Shown: in pieces, positions 1 through 11,749 of the stretch
Layout of the letters: each line of letters starts with the position of its first letter
How positions within the stretch are numbered: the first letter of the stretch is position 1
Assembly (NCBI GenBank): GCA_902587565.1
Contig: CACILT010000006.1
Location: forward strand, 821-64,820
Source of the DNA: an uncultured Alphaproteobacteria bacterium
GTDB lineage: Bacteria > Pseudomonadota > Alphaproteobacteria > HIMB59 > GCA-002718135
Length of the DNA: 64,000 nt
Reading direction: 5' to 3'
The notes under the pieces: model-generated
Seen by the model: the letters and a program-made list of their open reading frames with translations, nothing else
Database searches by the model: none
Told to the model about the DNA's origin: nothing
Made by a program: the position numbers and the translations under genes

Positions 1-734
<734 letters not shown>

Positions 735-742
735 GAGTTAAT

Positions 743-1912
743 ATGAAAAGATCTTATTTATTTACAAGTGAATCAGTTTCTGAAGGACATCCAGATAAAG
801 TTTGTGATAGAATTTCAGATATGGTTGTTGATACTTATTTATCATCTGGTGACCCACAAACACGTGTAGCTTGTGAGACTTTGACTACTACAAATAAAGT
901 AGTTTTAGCTGGAGAAGTAAGGGGCCCATCAGTTTCTAAAGATCAGATTTTAGATCAAGTTAGAGATTGTATTAAAGATATTGGTTATGAACAAGATGGC
1001 TTTCATTGGCAGAATTGTGATATTGAAAGTTTTCTTCATGAGCAATCAGCTGATATTGCTATGGGTGTTGATTCTGGTAGCAATAAAGATGAGGGTGCAG
1101 GAGATCAAGGAATTATGTTCGGTTTTGCTTGTAAAGACACTGAATCATTAATGCCAGCACCGATACATTATTCTCATCAAATTTTATATAAAATGGCACA
1201 AGCTCGTAAGGATGGATCTGCATCTGGTCTAGAACCTGACTCAAAAAGCCAAGTTACAATGCTTTATGAAAATGGAAAACCAAGCAAAGTCACTTCTTTA
1301 GTAATTTCTTCACAACACAAAGAAGGTTTATCTCCTGAAGATGTAAAAGAAATTGTTAAACCTTATGTATATGAGTGTATACCTAATGAATTATTAGAAG
1401 GTCTTAAAGATGAAGAATTCTATGTTAATCCCACAGGAAATTTTGTAATTGGAGGCCCTGATGGTGACTCTGGTTTAACTGGCCGTAAAATAATAGTCGA
1501 TACATATGGCGGTGCAGCACCCCATGGTGGAGGTGCATTTTCAGGAAAGGATCCATCTAAAGTTGATAGATCTGCAGCATATGCAGCTAGGTACTTAGCA
1601 AAAAATGTTGTTGCAGCGGATCTAGCTGATGAGTGTACCATACAGTTATCTTATGCAATAGGAGTATCAAAACCTTTATCGGTATATGTAAATACTAATG
1701 GAACAAATAAAGTTGATGAACAGAAAATTGAAAAATCTGTGCAAGATTTATTTGATCTAAGCCCAAGAGGAATAAGAGAACATTTAAAACTAACAAATGC
1801 AATTTATGTTCCAACCTCTGCTTATGGCCATTTTGGTAGAGAACCAAGTGACAAGGGACATTTTACTTGGGAAAAAACTGATTTAGTGGAAGCTCTAAAA
1901 GGTATCGCATAA
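743..1912 (+). CDS. metK: S-adenosylmethionine synthetase
   Basis: Motifs [24 protein letters not shown] and [16 protein letters not shown]. 389 aa. It starts 8 nt after ahcY. Confidence 0.97.
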   Translation: MKRSYLFTSESVSEGHPDKVCDRISDMVVDTYLSSGDPQTRVACETLTTTNKVVLAGEVRGPSVSKDQILDQVRDCIKDIGYEQDGFHWQNCDIESFLHEQSADIAMGVDSGSNKDEGAGDQGIMFGFACKDTESLMPAPIHYSHQILYKMAQARKDGSASGLEPDSKSQVTMLYENGKPSKVTSLVISSQHKEGLSPEDVKEIVKPYVYECIPNELLEGLKDEEFYVNPTGNFVIGGPDGDSGLTGRKIIVDTYGGAAPHGGGAFSGKDPSKVDRSAAYAARYLAKNVVAADLADECTIQLSYAIGVSKPLSVYVNTNGTNKVDEQKIEKSVQDLFDLSPRGIREHLKLTNAIYVPTSAYGHFGREPSDKGHFTWEKTDLVEALKGIA

Positions 1913-1918
1913 CAAAAT

Positions 1919-2365
1919 TTGCAAAATTTAAGTAATAAAATTTTAAACCTTCGTGAACTTGAAAAACTCTCAACTAATTTATGTAAAGACATATCCGTTG
2001 GGGATATTTACTTATTTCAAGGGGAGTTAGGCGCTGGTAAAACAACATTTGTAAGATTATTAATTAATAATCTTTTTGTATTAAATAATTTACCAAAACC
2101 ACCTTCTATTACTAGTCCAACATTTCCTATTTTGATAACCTATGAATTGAATTCATCACAAATTTATCATTATGATCTTTATAGGGTAAAAAGTCTTAAG
2201 GAATTAGAGGAATTAGATTTTTTCGAAAATTTAAATAACAATATTACATTTATAGAATGGCCTGAAATGTTAATTAGTTTACCGCTAAATAAAAATCATT
2301 ATTTAATAAATTTAGATATGATTTCAGAAACTAAAAGAAAAATTAATATTAGTTTTAATCAATAG
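1919..2365 (+). CDS. tsaE: tRNA threonylcarbamoyladenosine biosynthesis ATPase TsaE
   Basis: P-loop GELGAGKTTF, small size (148 aa) and YHYDLYR motif of the TsaE/YjeE family. The start is TTG, as given in the ORF track. Confidence 0.8.
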   Translation: MQNLSNKILNLRELEKLSTNLCKDISVGDIYLFQGELGAGKTTFVRLLINNLFVLNNLPKPPSITSPTFPILITYELNSSQIYHYDLYRVKSLKELEELDFFENLNNNITFIEWPEMLISLPLNKNHYLINLDMISETKRKINISFNQ

Positions 2366-2369
2366 TTTA

Positions 2370-3287
2370 ATGAATTCTGATCATAATGATTTAGAAAAAA
2401 TTGAGGACGGATTATCTAGTAAATTAATTTATAGAATTACCGAAAAAGAGAATACCAAAATAATAATTGATTTTTCTAGAGATAAACAAGATTTTAATAA
2501 TTTCCTTAATGTTTACGAAATATTACAAAAGACTAATATTTCAATTCCTAAGATATATGAAGTTCATCATAAGCAATATAAAATATATATGCAAGATTTT
2601 GGAAAAAATAGATTTAATAAAATATACAATGAAGAAAATCTTTATAAACTTTTAAAACTAGCTGTAGAAAATATAATTGTTATTCAAAATGAATCAAATT
2701 TAAATAATTTAAAAAATTTAAAAGAATACACCTTTGAAGATTTAAAAATTGAAATTAAAGAGTTTGTTAATTATTATATTTCTACCAGCAAAAATTCAAA
2801 TTTTCCCACTTCAAGATTTTATGAATTATGGAAAAGTATATTTTATTCTCAAAATTATAATATGAAAAATTTTGTTCACAAAGACTTTGAATTTGTTAAT
2901 TTATTTTTTTTAGAAAATTATAAATCACATTTTCAATGTGGAATTATTGATTTTCAAAGTGCTTTTATGGGATTTATAGGATGGGACCTAATATCATTAT
3001 TAGAAAATCCAAGAATTAATTTTACAAGAAATTATAATGATAAACTAATTGAATATTTTTATGAAAAAACAACAATTATTGAAAATCTGAATACTTTTCG
3101 GGAACAATATTATCTTTTAAGTTTAGCTCGACAGACTAGATTACTTGGTAGATGGAGAAAATTATTTAGTACAAGTAATGATAATCAATACTTAAATTAT
3201 TTAAAAATAACTAAATCTAGAACAATAGCGACATTGAATAATATTAAAAATTATGAACTAAGATCAATTTATGAAGAGTATTTATAA
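2370..3287 (+). CDS. Aminoglycoside-phosphotransferase-fold kinase, probable anomeric MurNAc/GlcNAc kinase (AmgK-like)
   Basis: Kinase catalytic loop HKDFEFVNL (HxDxxxxN) and IIDFQSA (DFx metal site). Its position between tsaE and a nucleotidyltransferase matches the AmgK/MurU gene pair. Confidence 0.65.
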   Translation: MNSDHNDLEKIEDGLSSKLIYRITEKENTKIIIDFSRDKQDFNNFLNVYEILQKTNISIPKIYEVHHKQYKIYMQDFGKNRFNKIYNEENLYKLLKLAVENIIVIQNESNLNNLKNLKEYTFEDLKIEIKEFVNYYISTSKNSNFPTSRFYELWKSIFYSQNYNMKNFVHKDFEFVNLFFLENYKSHFQCGIIDFQSAFMGFIGWDLISLLENPRINFTRNYNDKLIEYFYEKTTIIENLNTFREQYYLLSLARQTRLLGRWRKLFSTSNDNQYLNYLKITKSRTIATLNNIKNYELRSIYEEYL

Positions 3288-3290
3288 TTT

Positions 3291-3971
3291 ATGAAGAATT
3301 TTACGTTAATGATTTTATGTGCAGGCTTTGGATCAAGAATGTTGAATTTGACACGCAGTACGCCAAAACCTCTGTTAAAATATAAAAATAAAGTATTATT
3401 AAAGAACACAATTGACTTCTTTACTAATATTGGATGTGATGAAATCTTAATAAATACACATTACTTACATCATAAAATTAAAAAGTACTTGGACAAAAAC
3501 TTTAAAAAATATCCCATTCAGATTATCTGTGAAAAAACATTACTTGGCACAGGTGGCGGAGTAAAAAATATTTTCAATCATACAAAAAGAAATAAAATCT
3601 GTGTTGTTAATTCTGATATTTTTTGGACTAAAAAAAATAAATCACATATCAAATATTTTCTTAGCAATTATCAAGATGTATCTTACTGTAAAATGTTGTT
3701 GTCTAAAGATATTAATTTTTTAGGTTTAAAAAAAGTAAATGGCGATTTTAATTTAAAAAAAAATACAGTCATAAACTGGAAAAATAAGAATGAGAAATTG
3801 TATTATTCCGGTCTTCAAATCGTATCTAAAAATATATTTAATAATAGAAAAAAAATATTCTCTATGAATGAAATTTGGACAAAACTAATAAAAAAACATC
3901 AAATCAAAGGTTATATTATTCCTTCCAAAATTAGACATATTGGGGATAAAAAATCAATTTTAGAAAATTAG
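3291..3971 (+). CDS. Sugar-1-phosphate nucleotidyltransferase, probable MurNAc-1-P uridylyltransferase (MurU-like)
   Basis: N-terminal LCAGFGSRM...STPKPLL nucleotidyltransferase signature. 226 aa. It lies directly downstream of the AmgK-like kinase. Confidence 0.65.
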   Translation: MKNFTLMILCAGFGSRMLNLTRSTPKPLLKYKNKVLLKNTIDFFTNIGCDEILINTHYLHHKIKKYLDKNFKKYPIQIICEKTLLGTGGGVKNIFNHTKRNKICVVNSDIFWTKKNKSHIKYFLSNYQDVSYCKMLLSKDINFLGLKKVNGDFNLKKNTVINWKNKNEKLYYSGLQIVSKNIFNNRKKIFSMNEIWTKLIKKHQIKGYIIPSKIRHIGDKKSILEN

Positions 3972-4017
3972 ATTTAATTTAGCTTGATAATAGACAAATA
4001 TTTCTTACATATAGACT

Positions 4018-4338
4018 ATGTCTACTCATGTAACAAACGATCAAACATTTGATAAAGACATCTCCACTAATGATGTTCCAGTGGTAGTTGATTTTGGGGC
4101 AGAATGGTGTGGCCCATGCAAAGTACTTGACCCAATTTTAGAAGAAATTGCTGATGAGAATAAAGATAAAGTTAAAATATTTAAAATGAACATTGACGAG
4201 AATCCTATGACACCACAAAAATATGGTATTAGGGGTATTCCTACAATAATGATTTTTAAAAAAGGTGAGTTAATCGATACTAAGGTTGGCAGTCTTCCTA
4301 AAACAGCATTAGAAACCTGGATACAATCCAATCTATAA
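4018..4338 (+). CDS. trxA: Thioredoxin
   Basis: WCGPC active site, 106 aa, canonical thioredoxin length and GIRGIPT motif. Confidence 0.96.
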   Translation: MSTHVTNDQTFDKDISTNDVPVVVDFGAEWCGPCKVLDPILEEIADENKDKVKIFKMNIDENPMTPQKYGIRGIPTIMIFKKGELIDTKVGSLPKTALETWIQSNL

Positions 4339-5592
4339 AAGTTTTCTTCTAATTTTCCCTATCAAATACAAAGAACCAGTAATTAGATATATTTCTTGCT
4401 GATTAGATCTAAAATATTTTAAAGCATCATTAATACTATTTATTTTCTCACATTTAATAGAATGAAATTCGCAAATTTCATTTATTTGTTTAGTGTTAAA
4501 TGCATTTTTTTCATCTGGGATTTTTATAGCTAAAACCTTGGATACTCTTTTTTTTATTTTGCTCAAAAATAAACTTGCTTTCTTATTATTCAGCATTCCA
4601 AACAAGAGAATAGGTTTTATTTTTTTAGTTTTTAAAAATTCATTTAGTTTATCAGCTCCATCAATATTATGAGATCCATCAAGAATAATTTTTTTATTTT
4701 TATAATTAATAATTTCCAATCTTCCTGGCCATAACGTTTTTTTTATCGCTGTATTAATTTCTTTTGTATTTAATTTATAACCCATTTTTTTCATGATTTT
4801 AGCAAAATATATAGATATTGATGCATTTTCTTCCTGATGTTTTCCATTCAATGAAGGCTGAGTATAGAGAAATTTTTTTCCATCTACTTTCATTTCAAAC
4901 TTATTTTTTAATGATTTTGTGACTCGAAATTCTTTCCCATAAAAATATTTATTTTTAAATTTATTTAATTTTTTTTGAATATGAACTTTTAACTCTTTTT
5001 TTTGTTTACCAATTAACACAAACTCGCAATTCTTCACTATACCCAATTTTTCATTAGCAATTTTCTTAAGTGTTTTTCCTAGAAATTCTTCATGATCAAA
5101 ACTAATTGGTGTTAATATACTGCAAATCTTTTTTGGTATTATATTAGTTGCGTCTAATCTACCTCCTAACCCTGTCTCTAAAATAAGAAAGTCAGATTTT
5201 GATTGTTTAAACAATATAAAGGCTGCAGCTGTTGTTATTTCAAAGAAAGTTATTGGTTTATTATTATTTATTGTTTTTACAAATTTTAGTGTTTCGTAAA
5301 GCTTTTTTGAACTTACTTCTTTATTATTTAGAATTATTCTTTCATTAAACCTAGATAAATGTGGCGAGATATATGCATCACATTTATACCCATTCCTCAA
5401 TAACATACTTCTTATGAAACTTTGAACAGACCCTTTTCCATTTGTTCCTGCAATATGAATAGTCTTTGGAAGATGATCTTGAGGATTACCTAATTTTTTT
5501 AATAATAATTTTAATCTGTCTAATGAAAGATCAATATATTTGGGATGAAGTTTGACCAGCTCATCTAACAACTTTTCTGTTTTAGATTTCAC
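4333..5592 (-). CDS. folC: Bifunctional folylpolyglutamate synthase / dihydrofolate synthase
   Basis: Mur-ligase P-loop HIAGTNGKGS. 419 aa. It lies downstream of accD, as in the conserved trp-accD-folC arrangement. Confidence 0.9.
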   Translation of the reverse strand: MKSKTEKLLDELVKLHPKYIDLSLDRLKLLLKKLGNPQDHLPKTIHIAGTNGKGSVQSFIRSMLLRNGYKCDAYISPHLSRFNERIILNNKEVSSKKLYETLKFVKTINNNKPITFFEITTAAAFILFKQSKSDFLILETGLGGRLDATNIIPKKICSILTPISFDHEEFLGKTLKKIANEKLGIVKNCEFVLIGKQKKELKVHIQKKLNKFKNKYFYGKEFRVTKSLKNKFEMKVDGKKFLYTQPSLNGKHQEENASISIYFAKIMKKMGYKLNTKEINTAIKKTLWPGRLEIINYKNKKIILDGSHNIDGADKLNEFLKTKKIKPILLFGMLNNKKASLFLSKIKKRVSKVLAIKIPDEKNAFNTKQINEICEFHSIKCEKINSINDALKYFRSNQQEIYLITGSLYLIGKIRRKLL

Positions 5593-5595
5593 TTA

Positions 5596-6438
5596 TTAAC
5601 TTATATGATCTAATACTTTGTATAAAGTTTCTTTGAGGTCTTTCCTATGAGAAACAATATCTACCATTCCATGATCTTTTAGATATTCAGCTTTTTGAAA
5701 ATCTATAGGTAATTCTTCTCTGATGGTGTCTTGTATCACTCTTTTACCTGCAAAACCTATAGTAGCACCTTGTTCTGCTATCGTTATATCACCTAGCATT
5801 GCAAAAGAAGCTGTCACTCCACCAGTGGTAGGTTCAGTTAAAACTACTATATAAGGTATATTATTTTCATTTAACAAATCTACAGCAGCAATAGTCCTAG
5901 GCATTTGCATTAAGCTTACGATTCCTTCCTGCATTCTTGCACCACCTGATGAGGTAACAATAACATAAGGTAATTTGTTTTCTATAGCAATTTTAGCTCC
6001 TTTAACTATTGCTCCCCCAACTGCTCTACCCATAGAACCACCCATGAATTCAAAATTCATTAATCCGGAGATTATTTCTTTATCTTTAATTTTCCCTTTA
6101 AGAAGAATAAAAGCGTCATCTCTATTTGTTTTTTTTCTGTATTCTTTTAATCTATCTTTATATTTTTTTTTATCTGTAAATTTTAATGGATCATCTGAAA
6201 TTTTATCTGGGATAATTTCATTATAATTTCCATCTTCGAAAAACATTTTTATTCTATTTTCTGCAGACATTCTAAAATGATAATTACAATTAATACAAAC
6301 ATATAAATTTTCTTTCAAATCTTTATGATGAATCATATTTCCACATGAAACACAGTTATTCCACAATTTTTCTGGCACATCTCTTCTTTTTACAAGTGAA
6401 GATAGTTTAGGTTTAACAAAATTTGTTAACCAATTCAT
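5596..6438 (-). CDS. accD: Acetyl-CoA carboxylase carboxyltransferase beta subunit
   Basis: N-terminal zinc ribbon CVSCGN...CINCNYH, then the carboxyltransferase motifs MGGSMG and GGARMQEG. Confidence 0.95.
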   Translation of the reverse strand: MNWLTNFVKPKLSSLVKRRDVPEKLWNNCVSCGNMIHHKDLKENLYVCINCNYHFRMSAENRIKMFFEDGNYNEIIPDKISDDPLKFTDKKKYKDRLKEYRKKTNRDDAFILLKGKIKDKEIISGLMNFEFMGGSMGRAVGGAIVKGAKIAIENKLPYVIVTSSGGARMQEGIVSLMQMPRTIAAVDLLNENNIPYIVVLTEPTTGGVTASFAMLGDITIAEQGATIGFAGKRVIQDTIREELPIDFQKAEYLKDHGMVDIVSHRKDLKETLYKVLDHIS

Positions 6439-7229
6439 ACTCTAGTTCCATTCTTCAAATCTTTCGAAAACTTGTCAATTTCTGATAACATTTTTTCCTT
6501 GTTAGTTAAATTTTCTTCAATAATTTTAATTATACTTGAGCCAACAACTGCACCATCAGCTATTTTACATATATTATTTACATCAGTTGAGTTTTTAATA
6601 CCAAATCCAGGTACAACAGGTAAGTTTGTGTGTTTTTTGATAAAAGCTACTGATTTTTCAAGATCGCTCAGATCAGCCGATTTTTGTCCTGTAATTCCCA
6701 TAACACTAACATAATATAAAAAACCACTAGCATTATTTAATATCAATTTTAGTCTTTCCTCATTAGTTGTAGGAGTAATCAATCTAATCAGATCAATTTG
6801 ATTATTATTTAGTTCGTTAATCAAATCTTCATCTTCTTCAGGTTGTAGATCAACAATAATTAAACCATCAACACCATTTTCTTTACATTTTTTAACGAAC
6901 TTCTCAATTCCAAAATATAGTATCAAGTTATAGTAACCCATTAGAATAATTGGCAGATCATTTTTTATTTTTTTCGCCTCTGCTGTTAAAGAGAAAATAT
7001 TTTCTAAATCAATGCCTTTACTTATCGCTCTATTACTTGATAGTTGAATTGTCGGACCATCAGCCATTGGATCAGAGAACGGCATTCCAATTTCTATAAT
7101 ATCAGCACCATTATTAATTATTGTCCTAATAATTTGTAAACTTGTTTCAAAATCAGGATCACCGCCAGTAACAAATGTTACTAGTTTTTTTTCATTATTT
7201 TTAAATACCTGACTAATTAAATTAGTCAT
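6435..7229 (-). CDS. trpA: Tryptophan synthase alpha chain
   Basis: GADIIEIGMPFSDPMADGPTIQ motif. 264 aa. Its stop overlaps the accD start by 4 nt. Confidence 0.95.
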   Translation of the reverse strand: MTNLISQVFKNNEKKLVTFVTGGDPDFETSLQIIRTIINNGADIIEIGMPFSDPMADGPTIQLSSNRAISKGIDLENIFSLTAEAKKIKNDLPIILMGYYNLILYFGIEKFVKKCKENGVDGLIIVDLQPEEDEDLINELNNNQIDLIRLITPTTNEERLKLILNNASGFLYYVSVMGITGQKSADLSDLEKSVAFIKKHTNLPVVPGFGIKNSTDVNNICKIADGAVVGSSIIKIIEENLTNKEKMLSEIDKFSKDLKNGTRV

Positions 7230-8438
7230 TTAAATCTTAATTTTTAATTCATCAGCTATTGTAAAAATATCTTTATCACCTCGACCACACATGTTCATAA
7301 CAATAATTTTATCTTTACTATAGTTTTTTGCTATTTTCTTTAAAACAGCTAATGCATGAGCTGGTTCCAAAGCTGGAATTATACCTTCTAATTTACAACA
7401 GTATTGAAAAGCTTCCAATGCTTCTTCGTCTGTTGCAGACATGTATGTAACTCTTTTTTCTTCAAATAAAAATGAATGCTCAGGCCCAATTCCTGGATAG
7501 TCTAGGCCTGCTGAAATGGAATGAGCTTCTTGAATTTGCCCAGATTTTGATTGTAATAAATATGTTTTGTTTCCATGTAATACACCTGGTTTACCACCCG
7601 TTAAACTTGCTGCATGCTTATCAGTTTTTATACCATGACCTGCTGCTTCAACAGCAATCATTTCAACATCTAAGTCATCTAAAAATTCATGAAACAACCC
7701 TAAAGCGTTTGAACCACCACCAATACATGCCATCAATAAATCTGGTGATCTTCCTTCCAGTTCGTAAAGTTGTTTACGAACTTCCTTGCCAATTACAGAT
7801 TGAAAATCTCTAACCATTGCGGGGTATGGATGTGGTCCCGCAGCTGTGCCAATTATATAAAAAGTATCTTTAACATTTGTAACCCAATCTCTTAATGCTT
7901 CATTCATAGCATCTTTAAGTGATTTTGATCCTGTTGACACTGATCTTATTTCTGCACCAAGTAGTTTCATTCTAAAAACATTTGGAGATTGTCTTTCGAT
8001 ATCTTTTTCTCCCATATAAACTATGCATGGTAAACCAAATAAAGCGCATACTGTTGCTGTAGCAACACCGTGTTGTCCTGCTCCAGTTTCAGCTATTATT
8101 CTGGACTTACCCATTTTTTTTGCCAATAAAATTTGTCCCATACAATTATTAATTTTATGAGCACCTGTATGATTTAGCTCATCCCTCTTGAAATAAATTT
8201 TAGGACCTCCAAGATTATTACTGATTCTTTCAGCAAAAAAAAGGGCACTTGGTCTGCCAACATATGTTTTTAAATAATGATTAAAATCATCAATAAAATT
8301 CTTATCATTTTTTATTTTTTCATATTCTTTTTCTACTTCAAGGATCAAAGGCATTAAAGTTTCAGAAACATATCTTCCACCAAACTGACCAAAATATCCT
8401 TTTTCATTTGGATAACTTTTATATGTATTCTTATGCAT
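7230..8438 (-). CDS. trpB: Tryptophan synthase beta chain
   Basis: PLP-lysine motif [15 protein letters not shown] glycine loop, 402 aa. Confidence 0.97.
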   Translation of the reverse strand: MHKNTYKSYPNEKGYFGQFGGRYVSETLMPLILEVEKEYEKIKNDKNFIDDFNHYLKTYVGRPSALFFAERISNNLGGPKIYFKRDELNHTGAHKINNCMGQILLAKKMGKSRIIAETGAGQHGVATATVCALFGLPCIVYMGEKDIERQSPNVFRMKLLGAEIRSVSTGSKSLKDAMNEALRDWVTNVKDTFYIIGTAAGPHPYPAMVRDFQSVIGKEVRKQLYELEGRSPDLLMACIGGGSNALGLFHEFLDDLDVEMIAVEAAGHGIKTDKHAASLTGGKPGVLHGNKTYLLQSKSGQIQEAHSISAGLDYPGIGPEHSFLFEEKRVTYMSATDEEALEAFQYCCKLEGIIPALEPAHALAVLKKIAKNYSKDKIIVMNMCGRGDKDIFTIADELKIKI

Positions 8439-9060
8439 TTTTTAATTTTCCGATAAAATTATTTATAATGTGATTATCTTTTATGCCAAGCTCTTTTTCT
8501 AGTCCAGATGATAAATCAATACCAATTGGATTTACATCTTGAAGTATTTGCCCAATATTCTTTGAATTAATACCTCCTGATAAAAACCAAGGTTTATTAG
8601 TTTTTAGATTTTTTAAAATTTCCCAATCAAAACTTTTAGCATTACCACCAGGTAATTCATTTTTGAGAGGTTTATAATCAAATAAAAAATAATCAACTTC
8701 CTCGTATATACTCATTTTATCTAAATCATTTTTATTACTTATAGAAATTGATTTAATAATTTTAACTCCAGTTTTCTTTAAATTTTTAATATAGAGCATA
8801 TCCTCTGTTCCATGCAATTGTATATATTTTAAGTCTATAAGTTTTATTATTTCTTGCAACTCATCAATATTTTTATCAACAAAAACACCAACACCATTTA
8901 TATTTAAGTTTTTAGATATTTTTTGCAGGAAACTGGCATTTTCGATAGATATATTCCTTGGACTTTTTGCATAAAAGATCATACCAAAAAATTCAACATT
9001 ATTTTGTTCACAACAAAGTAATGTGTCCTCTTCTTTAATTCCACAAATTTTTACAATCAT
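8431..9060 (-). CDS. trpF: N-(5'-phosphoribosyl)anthranilate isomerase
   Basis: VKICGI N-terminus and IQLHG motif. 209 aa. It overlaps the trpB start by 8 nt. Confidence 0.88.
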   Translation of the reverse strand: MIVKICGIKEEDTLLCCEQNNVEFFGMIFYAKSPRNISIENASFLQKISKNLNINGVGVFVDKNIDELQEIIKLIDLKYIQLHGTEDMLYIKNLKKTGVKIIKSISISNKNDLDKMSIYEEVDYFLFDYKPLKNELPGGNAKSFDWEILKNLKTNKPWFLSGGINSKNIGQILQDVNPIGIDLSSGLEKELGIKDNHIINNFIGKLKNA

Positions 9061-9061
9061 T

Positions 9062-9745
9062 TTAAGATATTGTTTTATTAATTTCTTTTAAAACTTTGAT
9101 TGGATCCTTTGATTCTGTAATTGGTCTTCCAATAACTAAAAAATTTGCACCCATTTGTATTGCTTTTTTTGGAGTTGCTATTCTTTTTTGATCATCCTTT
9201 TCTATTTTATTATTTAATCTAATTCCTGGAGTTACGATTATAAAATTTTTACCAACTTCTTTTCTAATATATTCGATTTCATTAGGACTACAAACAACGC
9301 CATCTAAACCATTTTTTTTCGCCTCCCTAGCAAATTTTTTTACTAATATTTTTATATTTTTTTGATTATAATATTTTCTCGTTTGTGCACTATTCATGCT
9401 AGTCAATATTGAAACCCCTAAAACCATAGTTTTTTTATTTTTTCTTTGAGTTGCTTTCATCATCATATCTCCACCTGAAATATGAATGGTGGTAAATAAA
9501 GGTTTTATTTTAATTATAGAGGCGATCCCGTTTTTTACAGTATTAGGAATGTCATGTAATTTTAAATCAAGAAATATTTTAGGACATATTGAATAAATTT
9601 TTTTATATCCACTTAATCCATATTTATAAAAAAACTGATAACCAATTTTAAATGCATAGACATCTTTTTTTAAAGTTTGTACTAATTTTAATGTATTGCT
9701 CAGATCATCACTGTCTAGAGCTACAATTACTTTTTTAAGATTCAT
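9062..9745 (-). CDS. pyrF: Orotidine 5'-phosphate decarboxylase
   Basis: VALD...DLKLHDIPNTV catalytic motif, 227 aa. Confidence 0.92.
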   Translation of the reverse strand: MNLKKVIVALDSDDLSNTLKLVQTLKKDVYAFKIGYQFFYKYGLSGYKKIYSICPKIFLDLKLHDIPNTVKNGIASIIKIKPLFTTIHISGGDMMMKATQRKNKKTMVLGVSILTSMNSAQTRKYYNQKNIKILVKKFAREAKKNGLDGVVCSPNEIEYIRKEVGKNFIIVTPGIRLNNKIEKDDQKRIATPKKAIQMGANFLVIGRPITESKDPIKVLKEINKTIS

Positions 9746-10043
9746 TAAGAGTTTGAGTATCTCGACTATAATTTAATTTTTTATGTAAGTTTTTTCCAAT
9801 TTTAAAGTGTAGTTTATATGACTTCTCTTTAAATAATCGTTCATTTGTTTTTGGATTTCTTACGTATTTTTCTTTATTTATTTTTTTACTTAAAGTTCCA
9901 AAACCTCTAATTTCAATATTCTGACTATCTTTAAGAGAGTTTACAAGTTTTTTAATAAAGATGTTAAATATTGTTTCTATGTCCTGCAAATCAAGATTTC
10001 TATGTTTTTTACTGAGTTTTTCAAGGATTTCTGATTTTAACAT
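9735..10043 (-). CDS. ihfB: Integration host factor beta subunit (HU/IHF family)
   Basis: IEIRGFG...RNPKTNE...FK.GK motifs of the HU/IHF fold. It lies immediately downstream of rpsA, as ihfB does in proteobacteria. Confidence 0.85.
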   Translation of the reverse strand: MLKSEILEKLSKKHRNLDLQDIETIFNIFIKKLVNSLKDSQNIEIRGFGTLSKKINKEKYVRNPKTNERLFKEKSYKLHFKIGKNLHKKLNYSRDTQTLNES

Positions 10044-10048
10044 TAATC

Positions 10049-11749
10049 CTATTTTTTTAATACTGAACCTAAAATATCTCCCAACGATGCTCCAGATGCA
10101 CTTGAACCATATTTTGATAGAGCTTCCTTTTCATCCTGTATTTCCAATTCTTTGACTGACAAGTTCACAACTCTTGTTTTAGCATCAATAGAAATTATGA
10201 CTGAGTCGATATTTTCATCTAAAGCAAAGCGTTCTGTCTTTTGCTCATTTTTATCTTTAGATAAATTACTCTTCTTAATAAATCCATAAATTTTATTTTC
10301 TGTATCTAGCTCAATTTTGATTCCTTTATCTTCAATATTAACAATTTTACCAGTGACTTTTGAATTTAGAGGAAATTTTGAGATATAGTCTTGGACAGGA
10401 TCATTATTAAGATGTTTAATCCCTAGGCTTATTCTTTCTTTTTCAACATTTATATCAAGAATTTTAACTTTAACTTTATCACCTTTTTTAAAATTTTTAA
10501 TTATCTCATCACATTCATTTTCGTTCCAACTTAAATCTGAAATATGAACCATGCCATCAATTTCATCTTGAACTTTTACAAATATTCCAAAATCTACAAT
10601 GTTTACTATTTCAGTTTCGAAAGAATCATTAATTTTATAGTTATCTTTAAGTTTCATCCAAGGATTTTCGCGTATTTGTTTTAAACTACAATTAATCCTT
10701 TTCTTTTCATCATCTATTTCTAATACAACTACTTCGATTTCCTCATTAACACTTACAATTTTAGAGGGATGTGGAGGTTTTTTTAACCAAGTTAATTCAG
10801 TCAATGAAATCACTCCATCATATTTATCATTAATAATTATATTTACATTATTATCATTAATATTAACAACCTTTGAAATTATTTTATCGTTTAATTTTAT
10901 ATCGTTACTAACTGTATCCCATGGATTTTCAGATAATTGTTTTATCCCTAAACTTAGTCTGGATAATTCCTCATCAAATTTTAAAACTTTTACTTTGATT
11001 GTAGAATTTAGTTCTAGTACATCAGAGGGGTTATTTATCTTAGTCCATGAAATATCAGTTACATGAACTAAACCATCTAACCCACCTAAATCAATAAATG
11101 CGCCATAGTCTGTAATATTCTTAACTTTACCCTCAATAATTGAGCCTTCTTCAATTGAACTTAATAACTCTTGTCTTTGCTCTTTTAATTCGTTTTCAGT
11201 AATTGCTTTTCTTGAAACAACTATGTTACCTCTATATTTGTCCATTTTTAGAATCATTAACTCAAGAGGTTTATTCAGGAGCTCTTTAGTATCCTTTATA
11301 ATCTGTCTTGTATCAATTTGACTACCTGGAAGGAAAGCTGTTACACCATTTAGATCAACACTCATACCACCTTTTACTCTATTAAATGGAACTCCTGTTA
11401 CAACTTTATTTTGAGCAAAACTTTCTTGAAGATCATGCCATGCTTTTTGTTTAACAGCCTTTTCTCTTGAAAGTAATGTTTCACCATATGCATTATCAAC
11501 ATTTTCAATATATACCTCAGTTTCGTCTCCTATTTCTATTTCGGCTTTTTGACCCGGTCTTGAGAATTCACTAATTGGAATACGACCTTCACTTTTAAGT
11601 CCTACATCTATTGTAACTATATCATTAACGATAGAAATAATTTTTCCTGCTACAATAGTTTTTTCTTTAATTTTAGATTTATTAAATGAGTTTGAAATTA
11701 AAGATTCGTATTCTGAGTTTGAAAGTTTCTGAATATTATTTTGATTCAT
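10049..11749 (-). CDS. rpsA: 30S ribosomal protein S1
   Basis: 566 aa with six repeated S1 domains (recurring G.V..I...G.F..L pattern). It sits in the cmk-rpsA-ihfB synteny. Confidence 0.96.
   Translation of the reverse strand: MNQNNIQKLSNSEYESLISNSFNKSKIKEKTIVAGKIISIVNDIVTIDVGLKSEGRIPISEFSRPGQKAEIEIGDETEVYIENVDNAYGETLLSREKAVKQKAWHDLQESFAQNKVVTGVPFNRVKGGMSVDLNGVTAFLPGSQIDTRQIIKDTKELLNKPLELMILKMDKYRGNIVVSRKAITENELKEQRQELLSSIEEGSIIEGKVKNITDYGAFIDLGGLDGLVHVTDISWTKINNPSDVLELNSTIKVKVLKFDEELSRLSLGIKQLSENPWDTVSNDIKLNDKIISKVVNINDNNVNIIINDKYDGVISLTELTWLKKPPHPSKIVSVNEEIEVVVLEIDDEKKRINCSLKQIRENPWMKLKDNYKINDSFETEIVNIVDFGIFVKVQDEIDGMVHISDLSWNENECDEIIKNFKKGDKVKVKILDINVEKERISLGIKHLNNDPVQDYISKFPLNSKVTGKIVNIEDKGIKIELDTENKIYGFIKKSNLSKDKNEQKTERFALDENIDSVIISIDAKTRVVNLSVKELEIQDEKEALSKYGSSASGASLGDILGSVLKK

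Noticed and set aside
735-742. Possible SAM or SAH riboswitch upstream of metK.
   Set aside because: Only 8 nt separate ahcY and metK, which leaves no room for an aptamer. Any leader would lie upstream of ahcY, outside the window.
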